From Raja brachyura (taxonomy: Eukaryota), in NCBI GenBank assembly GCA_963514005.1, contig OY740782.1, forward strand, positions 87,358,001-87,422,000: DNA of 64,000 bases, written 5' to 3'. A program made the position numbers and the translations under genes. The notes below the pieces were generated by a model, which was not told the DNA's origin, ran no database searches, and saw only the letters and a program-made list of their open reading frames with translations. Each line of letters starts with the position of its first letter. Within the stretch, counting starts at the first letter, position 1. Positions 52,131-62,475 of this stretch are shown one piece after another.

Positions 52131-52439
52131 TTGGGGATGGGGGTCAAACCTGAAGTGTCTTCAGAGATGGCCTGCAAGTCATGTTAACAGGGCCAGCCTT
52201 GAGCCAATTGGACCAATTGCTCCCAATTGGGCCCTGCGCTAAGCTGGTGGGCAACACACTCTATCCCCTCAGCAGTGACCCCAGTAGGTGAAATTCCTCA
52301 CCGACAAAACAGCCCCGTAGTTAACTCTCAATACTGGCACCGGCACCAGTGGTGAAAAGGGGGGGGTACGCAGGGGGACGGCGTTCCCCTACTTTTCAAT
52401 GCAGTAATTGGCATTTTCAGTGGCATTCAGGCAAAAGGC

Positions 52440-52660
52440 ACATGATAGCCCGCATGGAGTTTGACAAAAGGCACCTAAAGGACTCTCACCATGAGAAACA
52501 AGACTCTCTGATCTGATGAAACCAAGATCGAACTCTTTGGCCTGAATGCCAAGCGTCACGTCTGAAGGAAACCAGGCACCGCTCATTACCTGACCAATAC
52601 CATACCTACGGTGAGGTATGGTGGTGGCAGCATCATGCTGCGGGGATGTTTTTCCTTCGC
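52440..52660 (+). mobile_element. Tc1 transposase fragment (Passport-like) within a mosaic of DNA-transposon pieces (52188-53009)
   Basis: Translates with breaks to KRHLKDS..MRNK.L*SDETKIELFGLNAKRHV*RKPGTAH...TIPTV..GGGSIML.GCF. Confidence 0.85.
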
Positions 52661-54108
52661 TGCGCAATCTCCTTTCCTGACCGGGCATTTTGATTGGCTA
52701 ATTGGAGTTTTCAGGACCCACTGGTAGGTAAAATGCCCGCTAAACTTTATTAAACCTCTTAAAAGTGTGTCCACTCCCTCGCCCCCCTTTCTCTCTTCTC
52801 TCCCCTGCTCTCCTCCCCCCCCCCCCCCCCCCCCCCCCCCGGGCTCTCTAAAGGACTTACTGTGCAGCCGTTCAGACAGCATTCGGTCGATCCAGCTCGC
52901 GGTTCAGCTGATCCAGCTCGAGGCTTTCCAGGCGAGTGCCCACGAGCTTGAAAGTCAAAGACACTCTTTTTAACTCACGGATGAGGTCGTCCAAGTGGGA
53001 CAGCCCCTTTACTTTGTACAATAATCCCCATTTCTATTTCCCAGCTGCCTTCTGCATTGCATTCTTCCCCTCATGCAATGTTTCACTCGCAGGTGCAGTC
53101 TTCAGCTGCCAATTATTATTCTCAACTATTATCTTCCTACATTGCTGCTTGGTAGAATCTGTTCCTACCACTAAAACTTCACCGATCAGCCAAGATCCTT
53201 TTGCAATCGGAACCAAACATTCCCTGCTATAGTTTTTCAGTAACTTCATGAGAACATTTGTTCTTAGTGCTCATGGTAATTTATACACGAGATGTTGGTG
53301 GTTATTTTATTGAGTTTATAACTGAGCAAGACAATTTTATTTCTTTATTAAGTGCATTGCTACAGGAAAGAATGAACAGCCTGAATAGATAAACTTTTAA
53401 CTGATACAAATTGAAACAAATTGATATGGTTCTTCTTCCTCAAGGGTTTGTACTTTTATCAATTGAATTTGTTCAGTGTTACAATCTTTAGTTTTAGTGG
53501 TGTATAGGTGTGTCGAACATTCTCCCCTGCTCTTGGCCAGAAATTCTTAAAGGTGCATCACGTTCCAACCAACCACACGTTAAACTAAAGCAATCCAAGT
53601 CCGTCATTGAAGGCAAAAACAAGTACCAATGTCAATCAATTCTCTACATCACAAGGTTAGAGAACCAGCGGAAACTACTTCAGCAACTTGCCTGAGTGCA
53701 GGCTGTCAGTGCTTTCACTTGGTCATTGTACAGATTACATTATAAATAGTTCTACTGGTACATGGCCTTCTTTATAATTGGAATCACCAGAGGCTACAAT
53801 ATCCTTGTCCATTCCTTCCCCTGATGCTGACTAACCCATTGATTTTCTCCAGCTCTTTGTATTTTCCACTGCTTTATAATTGTTTATCACAGACGAAAGA
53901 CTGGCCACTGAACAATGAGCAATAAATTGAGCTATTTATTTTCCAGAATTTTTTCACCCAAAATATCTTTATTTTTCTCAAATTAAACAGCAATCCCAGG
54001 AATTTAAAAAAAAGCAAGAAACAAGAACTTCACTGCTGTAATTCATGAGAAACATTTCCTCAAAATTGTATTAGCAACTAAAGGCAGCCTCTTGGGTTCT
54101 GCATTATC

Positions 54109-54114
54109 TTTATT
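54109..54114 (-). promoter_or_regulatory. Candidate STK31 polyadenylation signal AATAAA
   Basis: ~93 nt downstream of the stop codon; a second AATAAA lies at 53935-53940. Confidence 0.45.
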
Positions 54115-54206
54115 AGCCTGATGAAGTCACCAGAAGCACTTGATGAAACAAAACATTGAAAGCAATGATGAAAGTGGAACAATAAAATATAAATTTGGGA
54201 AAGGTC

Positions 54207-54419
54207 TTATGCTGCTGTTTCACCAAGCAATTCTGAATTGGGTTCATCCACAAAGACGCTGACCACATTGTTTTCATGCAGCATTGAGGTACTCTTTTTC
54301 TGATAGGTGTCAGTCTTAAATGCCAGAAAATAATCATCCTTTATCAACTGGTCAACTCCCATCCTGTCAACAGGGCTGACACATGTCAACCTTGACACCA
54401 AGCTCCACAGTTTAGGATC
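54207..54419 (-). CDS. STK31: STK31/TDRD8 terminal coding exon (DPKLWSLVSRLTC...LLGETAA*)
   Basis: Acceptor cccttttatag|GAT, phase 0; kinase subdomain XI-like (P.DRM..DQL....YF); TAA stop. Confidence 0.85.
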   Translation of the reverse strand, partial: DPKLWSLVSRLTCVSPVDRMGVDQLIKDDYFLAFKTDTYQKKSTSMLHENNVVSVFVDEPNSELLGETAA

Positions 54420-54635
54420 CTATAAAAGGGAAAGGAAATACATCTTTTCAGTACATGTGAATGGAAATTATTCTTTCACAAATAGTACAAACTCCACACA
54501 GGCAGCACCCAGAGTCTAGATTGAATCTGCGTATCTGATGTTGTAGCAGCTCTAACAGCAAATGATGTAAACAATTCGTCTCAAATAATATAAATGTTAC
54601 AAATTTAAACAGTGATATTAATCATGTTCACATAC

Positions 54636-54701
54636 CATACTTAGCTCACTAAAATCTACAGTACCATCAGGTGCTGCAAAATCATTCTTTGGAAAATTCA
54701 A
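54636..54701 (-). CDS. STK31: STK31 internal 66-nt exon (LNFPKNDFAAPDGTVDFSELSM)
   Basis: ttcttttgcag|...|gtatgt splice sites, phase 0/0; bridges the neighbouring exons in frame; absent from the ORF track. Confidence 0.8.
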
Positions 54702-54924
54702 CTGCAAAAGAATGAAAGAGAATTATGGTTACAACTCTATGCATTCCATGTCCCATTAGTTAGGGACTTAAACACTCAAGACTTTTCGACCGTTCAATGA
54801 GATCATTGCTATTTTGCGGTACAGCAATCAAGTTACTGCAGACAGATGCATACAACACTCTCTTCAGGACTATCCTTCCTAAGGTGTAAAAGCAAGATCT
54901 AAACCAATTTGGGAAATATTTAAA

Positions 54925-55115
54925 ACAAAAAGACTCAAAGTGCTGGAGTAACTCAGCCAGTCAGCAAGCACCTTTGGAGGATCATCTGAAGAAAGGTCCT
55001 GACCCAAAAAGTCACCTATCCATGTTCTCCAGATATGCTGCCTTACCCACTGAGTTACTCCAGCACTTTTCTCTCCGTTTTGTGAACCAACATTTGCAGT
55101 TCCTTGTTTCCACAT
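54925..55115. repeat. Palindromic Penelope pLTR-derived mini-element in an STK31 intron
   Basis: Perfect 20-nt inverted arms at 54937-54956 and 55050-55069 around a degenerate ctgaagaa...gaccc core. Confidence 0.75.
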
Positions 55116-55131
55116 CAGTAAACATTTAACC

Positions 55132-56617
55132 TTAACCATATAACCATATAACAATTACAGCATGGAAACAGGCCTTCTCGGCCCTTCCAGTCCGTGCCGA
55201 CCATTTATTTTCCCCTGGTCCCATCTACCTGCACTCAGACCATACCCCTCCATTCCCTTCCCGTCCATATACCTATCCACTTTACTTTTAAATGTTAAAA
55301 TCGATCCTGCCTCCACCATTTCTGCAGGAAGATCATTCCACACAGCCACCACTCTCTGAGTAAAGAAGTTCCCCCTCATGTTACCCCTAAACTTCTGTCC
55401 CTTAATTCTCATGTCATGCCCTCTTGTTTGAATCTTCCCTACCCTCAATGGGAAAAGCTTATCCATGTCAACTCTGTCTATCCCTTTCATCATTTTAAAG
55501 ACCTCAATCAAGTCCCCCCTTAACCTTCTGCGCTCCAAAGAATAAAGACCTAACTTATTCAACCTTTCTCTGTAACTTAGTTGCTGGAACCCAGGCAACT
55601 TTCTAGTAAATCTCCTCTGTACTCTCTCTATTTTGTTGACATCCTTCCTATAATTAGGCGACCAAAATTGTACACCATACTCCAGAATTGGTCTTACCAA
55701 TGCCTTGTACAAATTTAACATTACTTCCCTACTCCTATATTCAATGCTCTGATTTATAAAGGCCAGCACACCAAAAGCTTTCTTTACCACCCTATCTACA
55801 TGCGATTCCACCTTCAGGGAACTATGCACAGTTATTCCTAGATCCCTCTGTTCCACAGCATTCCTCAATTCCCTACCATTTACCATGTATGTCCTATTTT
55901 GATTTGTCCTGCCAAGATGTAGCACCTCACACTTATCAGCATTAAACTCCATCTGCCATCTTTCAGCACACTCTTCAAGTGGCCCAAATCTCTCTGTAGA
56001 CTTTGAAAATCTACTTCATTATCCACAGCACCACCTATCTTAGTATCATCTGCATACTTACTTATCCAATTTTCCACCCCATCATCCAGATCATTGATGT
56101 ACATGACAAACAACAGTGGACCCAACACAGATCCCTGAGGCACCCCACTGGTCACCGGCTTCCAACCTGACAAACAGCCATCCACCATTACTCTCTGGCA
56201 TCTCCCATTCAGCCACTGTTGAATCCATCTTGCTACTCCGCCATTAGCACCAAAGATTGAACCTTCTTAATCAACCTTCCATGGGGAACCTTGTCAAAGG
56301 CCTTACTGAAATCCATATGGACAATATCCACTGCTTTACCCTCATCAATTTCCCTAGTAACCTCTTCAAAAAATTCAAGGTTTGTCAAACATGCCCTTCC
56401 AGGCACAAATCCATGTTCACTGTTCTTGATCAGACCCTGTTTATCCAGATGCTCATATATATTATCTCTAAGTATCCTTTCCATTACTTTGCCCACCACT
56501 GACGTCAAACTAACAGGTCTATAATTGCTAGGTTTATTCTTTGAACCCTTTTTAAACAATGGAACAACATGCACAGTACGCCAATCCTCCGGCACTATTC
56601 CCGTTTCTAATGACATT
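55132..56617 (-). mobile_element. 5'-truncated CR1 LINE (distinct subfamily, (taaccata)n tail) in an STK31 intron
   Basis: NYRPVSLTS, DFSKAFDKVPH, GVPQGSVLGP, KYADDTKIGG, RPILEYGVQFWSP over three frameshifted ORFs. Confidence 0.93.
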
Positions 56618-56619
56618 AA

Positions 56620-56835
56620 GTGGAAGTGCAGGAACTGCAGATGCTGGTTTAAATCGAAGATAGACACAAAAAGCTGGATTAACTCGGTTAACTTCTAATT
56701 AGAGTTTTAGACTACTGCAGAATTTTGGGTCGAGAGCCTTGAAGACCCTTCTCGACCCGAAATGTTACCCATTCCTTCTCTCCAGAGATGCTGCCTGTCC
56801 TGCTGAGTTAATCCAGCTTTTTGTGTCTATCTTCA
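56620..56835. repeat. Inverted pLTR-derived pair containing a 40-bp templated insertion
   Basis: gaagatagacacaaaaagctggattaactc ... gagttaatccagctttttgtgtctatcttc. Confidence 0.75.
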
Positions 56836-57239
56836 GTATAGATTTAAAGCAGGTTGACAGAGAACAGGGACTCAGATTAACAAAGGATGGAGAGATACAG
56901 GCATATAGAGGAGAAAGTTAGTAAGTCCAGTGGGCAGGACAAACATGCAAGTAAGTGAGGGAACATCAGGTGTTAGAGGTTATGGGGAGAAGGCAGGAGA
57001 ATGGGGTTAGGAGGGAGAGAGATAGATCAGCCATGATTGAATGACGTAGACATGATGGGCCGAATGGCCTAAATCTACTATTCCTTATGACCTCATAATC
57101 AAGGGAATTCAAAGGTAAATTGACTCTATTTTAATGCAAGACATATCTCTGTGTTAAATTAAATAAAATCTTTAATTGACACAGGGCTCTCTCATCTGAT
57201 ATTCATGAGGGTGAAGCGATTCTTTGTGAGGGTACCCAT

Positions 57240-57500
57240 TTTCACCTAACACACAGCAAACAATAGCCTGTTTTCCTTATCATTGTTACTGTTTTCCATA
57301 TCTTTCATTCATTTGTTCTATATCTCTCTACATCATCGTCTAGATCTATTTCTCTTTCACCTGACTCTCAGTCTGAAGAAGGGTCTCGACCCGAAACATC
57401 ATCTATTCCTCCAGAGATGCTGCCTGACCTGCTGAGTCACTCCAGCGTTTTGTGCCTATCTTCACTTTAAATCAGCATCTGCAGTACCTTCTTACACATA
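57240..57500 (+). repeat. Penelope pLTR with hammerhead-like motif at 57373-57400
   Basis: Parallels 33780-34005; ctgaagaagggtctcgacccgaaacatc. Confidence 0.75.
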
Positions 57501-58190
57501 AATGTGAGGTGATGCATTTTGGGAGCGCTAATAAAGCTAGAACATACACTATGAATGGTAGTCTTAGAGAGTACTGAAAAACAGAGGGTTCTCAGAGTAC
57601 ACGTCGATAGATCCTTGTAGGTGCGTAACGTTTTTCGGAAGGCAAAGAATATCAGCCTACATTAATCTGAGCGCTGAATACAGAAACAGGGAAATTATGC
57701 AGCTGTAACACCATGTGCAATTCTGGACAATATGTAACACGAAAGATGTTATGGCACTGGAGAGGGTGCAGAGGAATTTATCAGGATCTCACCTGGGATG
57801 GAGCAGTTCAGTTATTAGGAGAGAATGGAGAAGCAAGGTCTGTTCTCCCTGGAGACAAAGAGGTTAAGGAGGTATAGATAGGGTGGACTGTCGAAAAACC
57901 TTTCCAAAGTCAAAGGTAGATAAAACTAGAAGATGTAGGTTTAGCGTAAGTGGGGAAAGAGAATATGATGGAGACCATCTTCACAGAGAGTGGGAAGTAC
58001 CTGGAATGCACTGCTTGAGAGAGTGGTTGCATTTGGTTTGCTGACAGCATTTCAGAAATGTCCAGCTGAGCATTTGAATCACTTAGGCATAGAGAGTCAT
58101 CCACCAAGTGTTGGGGAATGGGTTACTATGGAGAAGTGCCCACTGGTCAGCGTTAGCCGGAATAGCCTGAAAACAGTTGTACTATTTCAT
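57500..58190 (+). mobile_element. Old decayed CR1 3' fragment
   Basis: aaatgtgaggtgatgcattttggg (KCEVMHFG); ctggagagggtgcagagg (LERVQR). Confidence 0.7.
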
Positions 58191-58279
58191 GATACTCCGG
58201 TTAAGGTCTAATTAAGAGTTTTAGACTACTGCAGAATTATTTTAAAGTATTCTAGTTGCATAACGGGAAATTTCATTTA

Positions 58280-58381
58280 AGTTGAAGATAAACACAAAAA
58301 GCTGGAATTACTCAGCGGGACAGGCAGCATCTCTGGAGAGAAGGAATGGGTGATGTTTCGGGTCAAGACCGTTCTTCAGAC
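58280..58381 (-). repeat. Penelope pLTR unit
   Basis: Reverse complement of the 57373-57465 unit. Confidence 0.75.
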
Positions 58382-58462
58382 ATTTCATTTAAGCTATTTA
58401 CCTTCACTTGGGTTTACCAGGTATGGTAACCTTTATAATGTTAGCAATAAATTAGAACATAC

Positions 58463-58588
58463 CCACAAAAGCAGGTGTCCAAAAGCAAACACGTCAGATG
58501 CAAGGGTAGCAGATTGGCCACTTCTAACCTCTGGGGCTACAAGATTCACTTTATCAGCCACCATCCAGCCGACAATACTACGTTGATC
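58463..58588 (-). CDS. STK31: STK31 exon (DQRSIVGWMVADKVNLVAPEVRSGQSATLASDVFAFGHLLLW), kinase subdomains VIII-IX
   Basis: tgtag|...|gtatgt, phase 0/0; APE and SDVFAFG motifs; absent from the ORF track. Confidence 0.92.
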
Positions 58589-58667
58589 CTACATATACAG
58601 AAACACGATTAACCATCATGGATTGCGCATTCAAATAATTGCAAAAAAACTATTTGTTATGACAAAG

Positions 58668-59240
58668 TGGGCCTTCTGCAGTTGTACAGAGCCCTGGTGA
58701 GACCACACCTGGAGTATTGTGTGCAGTTTTGGTCTCCAAATCTGAGGAAGGACATTCTTGCTATTGGGGGACTGCAGCATAGGTTCACTAGGTTAATTCC
58801 CGGGATGGCGGGACTGTTGAGGGAATGGAGCGACTGGGCTTGTATACACTGGAATTTAGAAGGATGAAAGCGGATCTTATTGAAACATATAAGATTATTA
58901 ATGGATTGTTCAGGCTAGAGGCAGGAAAGATGTTCCCAACAAGGGGGGAGTCCAGAACCAGGGGTCACAGTTTAAGAATAAGGGGTAGGCCATTAAGAAC
59001 GGAGGAAAAACATTTTCACCCAGAGAGTTGTGAATCTGTGGAATTCTCTGCCTCAGAAGGCAGTGGAGGCCAATTCACTAGATGCTTTCAAGAGAGTCAG
59101 ATAGAGCTCTTAAAGATAGCGGAGTCAAGGGATATGGGGAGAAGGCAGGAAAGGGGTACTGATTGTGGATTGCGAATGGCGGTGCTGACTCAAAGGGCCG
59201 AATGGCGTATTCCTGCATCTATTGTCTATTATCTATTGAC
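58668..59240 (+). mobile_element. CR1 3' fragment in an STK31 intron
   Basis: LLQLYRALVRPHLEYCVQFWSP; ERLGLYTLEFRRM. Confidence 0.9.
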
Positions 59241-59513
59241 TCAGGATTATCAATCTATAGGGAAATAGTAGCAACAAATATTACACAAAATTTGATTCAA
59301 TTTTAACAATATGCAAATGCATCTAAATGCCTAAGATATTTCATAAATTACATACATATCAGGTATTATTTGGTATTTTTGTTGGGGTAATAAGTTCTGA
59401 CCACATTGTTTTCCATTTCCCTCAACAATTTGGTTGATTGATGATATTAAGTTTCACCATATAAACTTTATGAAAAAATCTAAATCGTTTAAAATGAAAA
59501 CACAACATAGTAA

Positions 59514-59825
59514 AAGCCCTGTCCCACTGTACGAGTTCATTCAAGAGTTCTACCGAGTTTGCCCGGATTCGAACTCTGAGATTTACGGTAATGGCCGCTC
59601 ATCGGTACTCGGGGCTCTCGTGGACATTTTTCAACATGTTGAAAAATCTTCACGAGTCTTCCCGAGCTTACCGCGTTTCCCTGCCATTAGCGTTACGAGC
59701 CGCTAAGAGACGTCCCAGTGCTCTGACGTACCCGCTACGTTCATTCTACATGCTTACCACGAGTTTGATTTTTTTTTTAAACTTGGGAGAGCACTTGAAT
59801 GAGCCCGTACAGTGGGACACGGCTT
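59514..59825. mobile_element. PIF/Harbinger-type MITE (312 bp)
   Basis: TIR aagccctgtcccactgtacg / cgtacagtgggacacggctt (1 mismatch in 20); TAA at 59511-59513 and 59826-59828. Confidence 0.8.
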
Positions 59826-60411
59826 TAAATCTCTAAAATTAAAAAAATGTTAATGATGGAATATAAAAATGGAAAATTTAGTTTTATGTTATCACTGCAA
59901 TAAATATGCATCAGGGCACAAAAGGGGTAGATAATTTTCATCAGTTTATTTTGTTACTTGCCGGATAAAAATTCCGTTTACAATAAAAAGTGGTGAATTC
60001 TGCTTTATCATAATGCTATTTGAATCAATTCAGTCTCATATCTAGCAACTATCTGTAAACCACAAAACACTTCAGATAAGTATATGAAAACATGCAAGGT
60101 GAGAGATGAATAACACAAGAAGAGGTGATAATCCCATATCTCCAGGTGTGCTTCAAAGATGCACTGCATGTCTTAAACATGCAACCTCTAGCACCCTAGG
60201 GAGGTATGGCAGATGTCCAACAATATTTACGTCACACATTATCAATTAGTTTGTTCATTCGTTGCTAGGTCATAATCCTGGTTCACCTAAAAGCCACAAG
60301 AAAGCACCTCCAGCTCTTGGACTGCACATGTACTGGAAGACGTCACCTCCAACTTTCATGCCATTTATAGGGAGAAGCGACAAATCCTGGTCAAACCAAT
60401 AATATCGTTTA

Positions 60412-60485
60412 CATTTCGTTGTCTCTGTACTGTACACTGACAATGACAATTAAAATTGAATCTGATTCTGAATCTGAATCTGAAT
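60412..60485 (+). mobile_element. Rex1-type 3' tail with (tctgaa)n repeats
   Basis: tgtacactgacaatgacaattaaa plus tandem gaatct. Confidence 0.6.
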
Positions 60486-60555
60486 ATACGCAACCTCCAA
60501 AATGCCTCTTAATAAATACACAGGCGGTGATTTTGCAGAATACCGCACTACTCAC

Positions 60556-60705
60556 AGCAGACTTGGTAAAATCGAAGTCTCCAACGATACCATGTTCACG
60601 ATTGACAGCAAACACATTATGAGGATGGAGGGCGCCGTGAACAATGTTTGAGCTATGAAGTGTCTGTAATCCTGTTGCAATGCCTCGCATTACTTTAATT
60701 ACCTC
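60556..60705 (-). CDS. STK31: STK31 exon (EVIKVMRGIATGLQTLHSSNIVHGALHPHNVFAVNREHGIVGDFDFTKSA), subdomains VIa-VII
   Basis: tttaaag|...|gtgagt, phase 0/0. From recall, matches vertebrate STK31 (IIHGSLH..NVFALNREQGIVGDFDFTKS). Confidence 0.95.
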
Positions 60706-61331
60706 CTTTAAACAGAAATGATGGAGGATAGTTTAACAATCTGACAGTCATACACACAAATTACTGGCTGCAGTGCTCTATAATTGTGTACGAGATTTCA
60801 GATTGCACTCACTTTAACACAGAATATTACTGACGATCCATTAAAATTTATCTGATGCATGCGTCCAGGTAGATTAAATTCACACAGGTAGATTAAATTC
60901 ACAATATGATTACATACACCATAATCTCGGAACTGGAAATTCAGATACCTTATCACATAAACCATAAATCACAGTTTCCCAAATTATTTTTGCATAGCCT
61001 GGATTTTAAAATTTACAATTCTACCATCTAGAAATCCAACAGCAGTAGGCGAAAGAGAACGCCATAATCGACCCATCTTCACCTCAACCGAAAATAATAT
61101 CTTAGTTTGGAAACGTATATTGCCTCTTCTCCTATCATTGGGGAAACAGACTACAAATCAGACTTTTGGACAAAATCTGCCAACGCAACAACCTTTGGAT
61201 GCAGGCAACCCTGTGGTAATTCTCATAGGACTCCTTTGCAGGGATGTGAGCTCTTCCTCCAAGAAGTTAACACCAGGGCTATGCTTTCTCCCGATCTAGT
61301 TCTGAACAATGTTTCTAGTTAAACACCCTTT

Positions 61332-61552
61332 TTGTGGAATTCCCCGCCACAGAGGGCAGTGGAGGCCAAATCACTGGATGGATTTAAGAGAGAGTTAGAT
61401 AGAGCTCTAGGTGCTAGTGGAGTCAAGGGATATGGGGAGAAGGCAGGCACGGGTTATTGATTGGGGACGATCAGCCATGATCACAATGAATGGCTCGAAG
61501 GGCCGAATGGCCTCCTCCTGCACCTATTTTCTATGTTTCTATGTTTCTATGA
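61332..61552 (+). mobile_element. CR1 3' tail fragment
   Basis: gtggaggccaaatcactggatgg...(tttctatg)n. Confidence 0.85.
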
Positions 61553-62038
61553 TAACACTCTCAGTCATGTGCCACACTGCATGCTATTGCTAAAAACGTT
61601 CCTATCTGCCAAAATGTGAGTTAATTGTTTTTAATATGCAGTGGACCCAAATTTAAAAAGGTTACATTTTCCCCGCATCCTCCATAAATAAACATGAGCC
61701 ATTCTTCTGCAACTGCAGTCTCTGGAGGCGGTCATTAGTTATCCAAAATATCCGAGTTCTGGTCGAGTAGTAACTGGACATTTTACAATGGTGTCATTAA
61801 TGGCTCTGGAGACATTTTCCAGCAAAAACCACAGAGCGGAAAATTGGAGGGAACCAAATATAAATCTTTAAATGCCATCCCACAATACAAGGCACCATAA
61901 TGGGAAAAATGTAAATTAATCTTATTTTTAACTCACTCGTGTTTGAAAATTCCAGATTGCTATTTTTTTTTAAAAAACATAGTTGCAAGCCATTTTTTTT
62001 TCTTCAATTGACCGGATTAATGAACACATAAAACTCAC

Positions 62039-62125
62039 CGCTAAGTTTAGGGGGTTGGTGTCCTGCACAGTCTTCAGACTACATCCTGGATAAAAGGGTA
62101 ACATGACATATGCTACTGGCTCAGA
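62039..62125 (-). CDS. STK31: STK31 exon (SEPVAYVMLPFYPGCSLKTVQDTNPLNLA), hinge/subdomain V
   Basis: ttttccctcag|...|gtgagt, phase 0/0. From recall, resembles STK31 SDP.AY.M.PYYP..NL..VQ...PLN. Confidence 0.9.
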
Positions 62126-62475
62126 CTGAGGGAAAAATATAGAACAGAAACATGATATAGAACAGAATATAGAACAAATATAGAACAGAAACATGATGTC
62201 CTCAAAGAAAATCTTCACTCAGATTAAACAATAGATTATATTCTATTTAATTATTTAAAGATTTATATTTAAAGATTTACTATCACTGAATGCACAGCCA
62301 TAATTCTATTAGTGGATTAACTTAAACTAAAAAAAGGTACATTGGTCAGAAACAAAGATGCTGTTTTAAATTTTATCACCTCTGTAAATTTTCCCTTGAA
62401 TTGTTCCACTTTTCCTCATGTCTCCAACAATGATTTATTTTCTTGGCCCTATTTTAGAGACCCATGTACCATAGA

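Noticed and set aside
60409-60555. C-terminal extension of the 93-aa kinase ORF (SDSDSESDS)
   Set aside because: Read-through past the GTGAGT donor into an intronic LINE-tail microsatellite.
60866-62196. Small tandem duplications (19 bp x2 at 60866-60903; atatagaaca-type repeats at 62137-62196)
   Set aside because: Ordinary slippage duplications in introns with no evidence of function.
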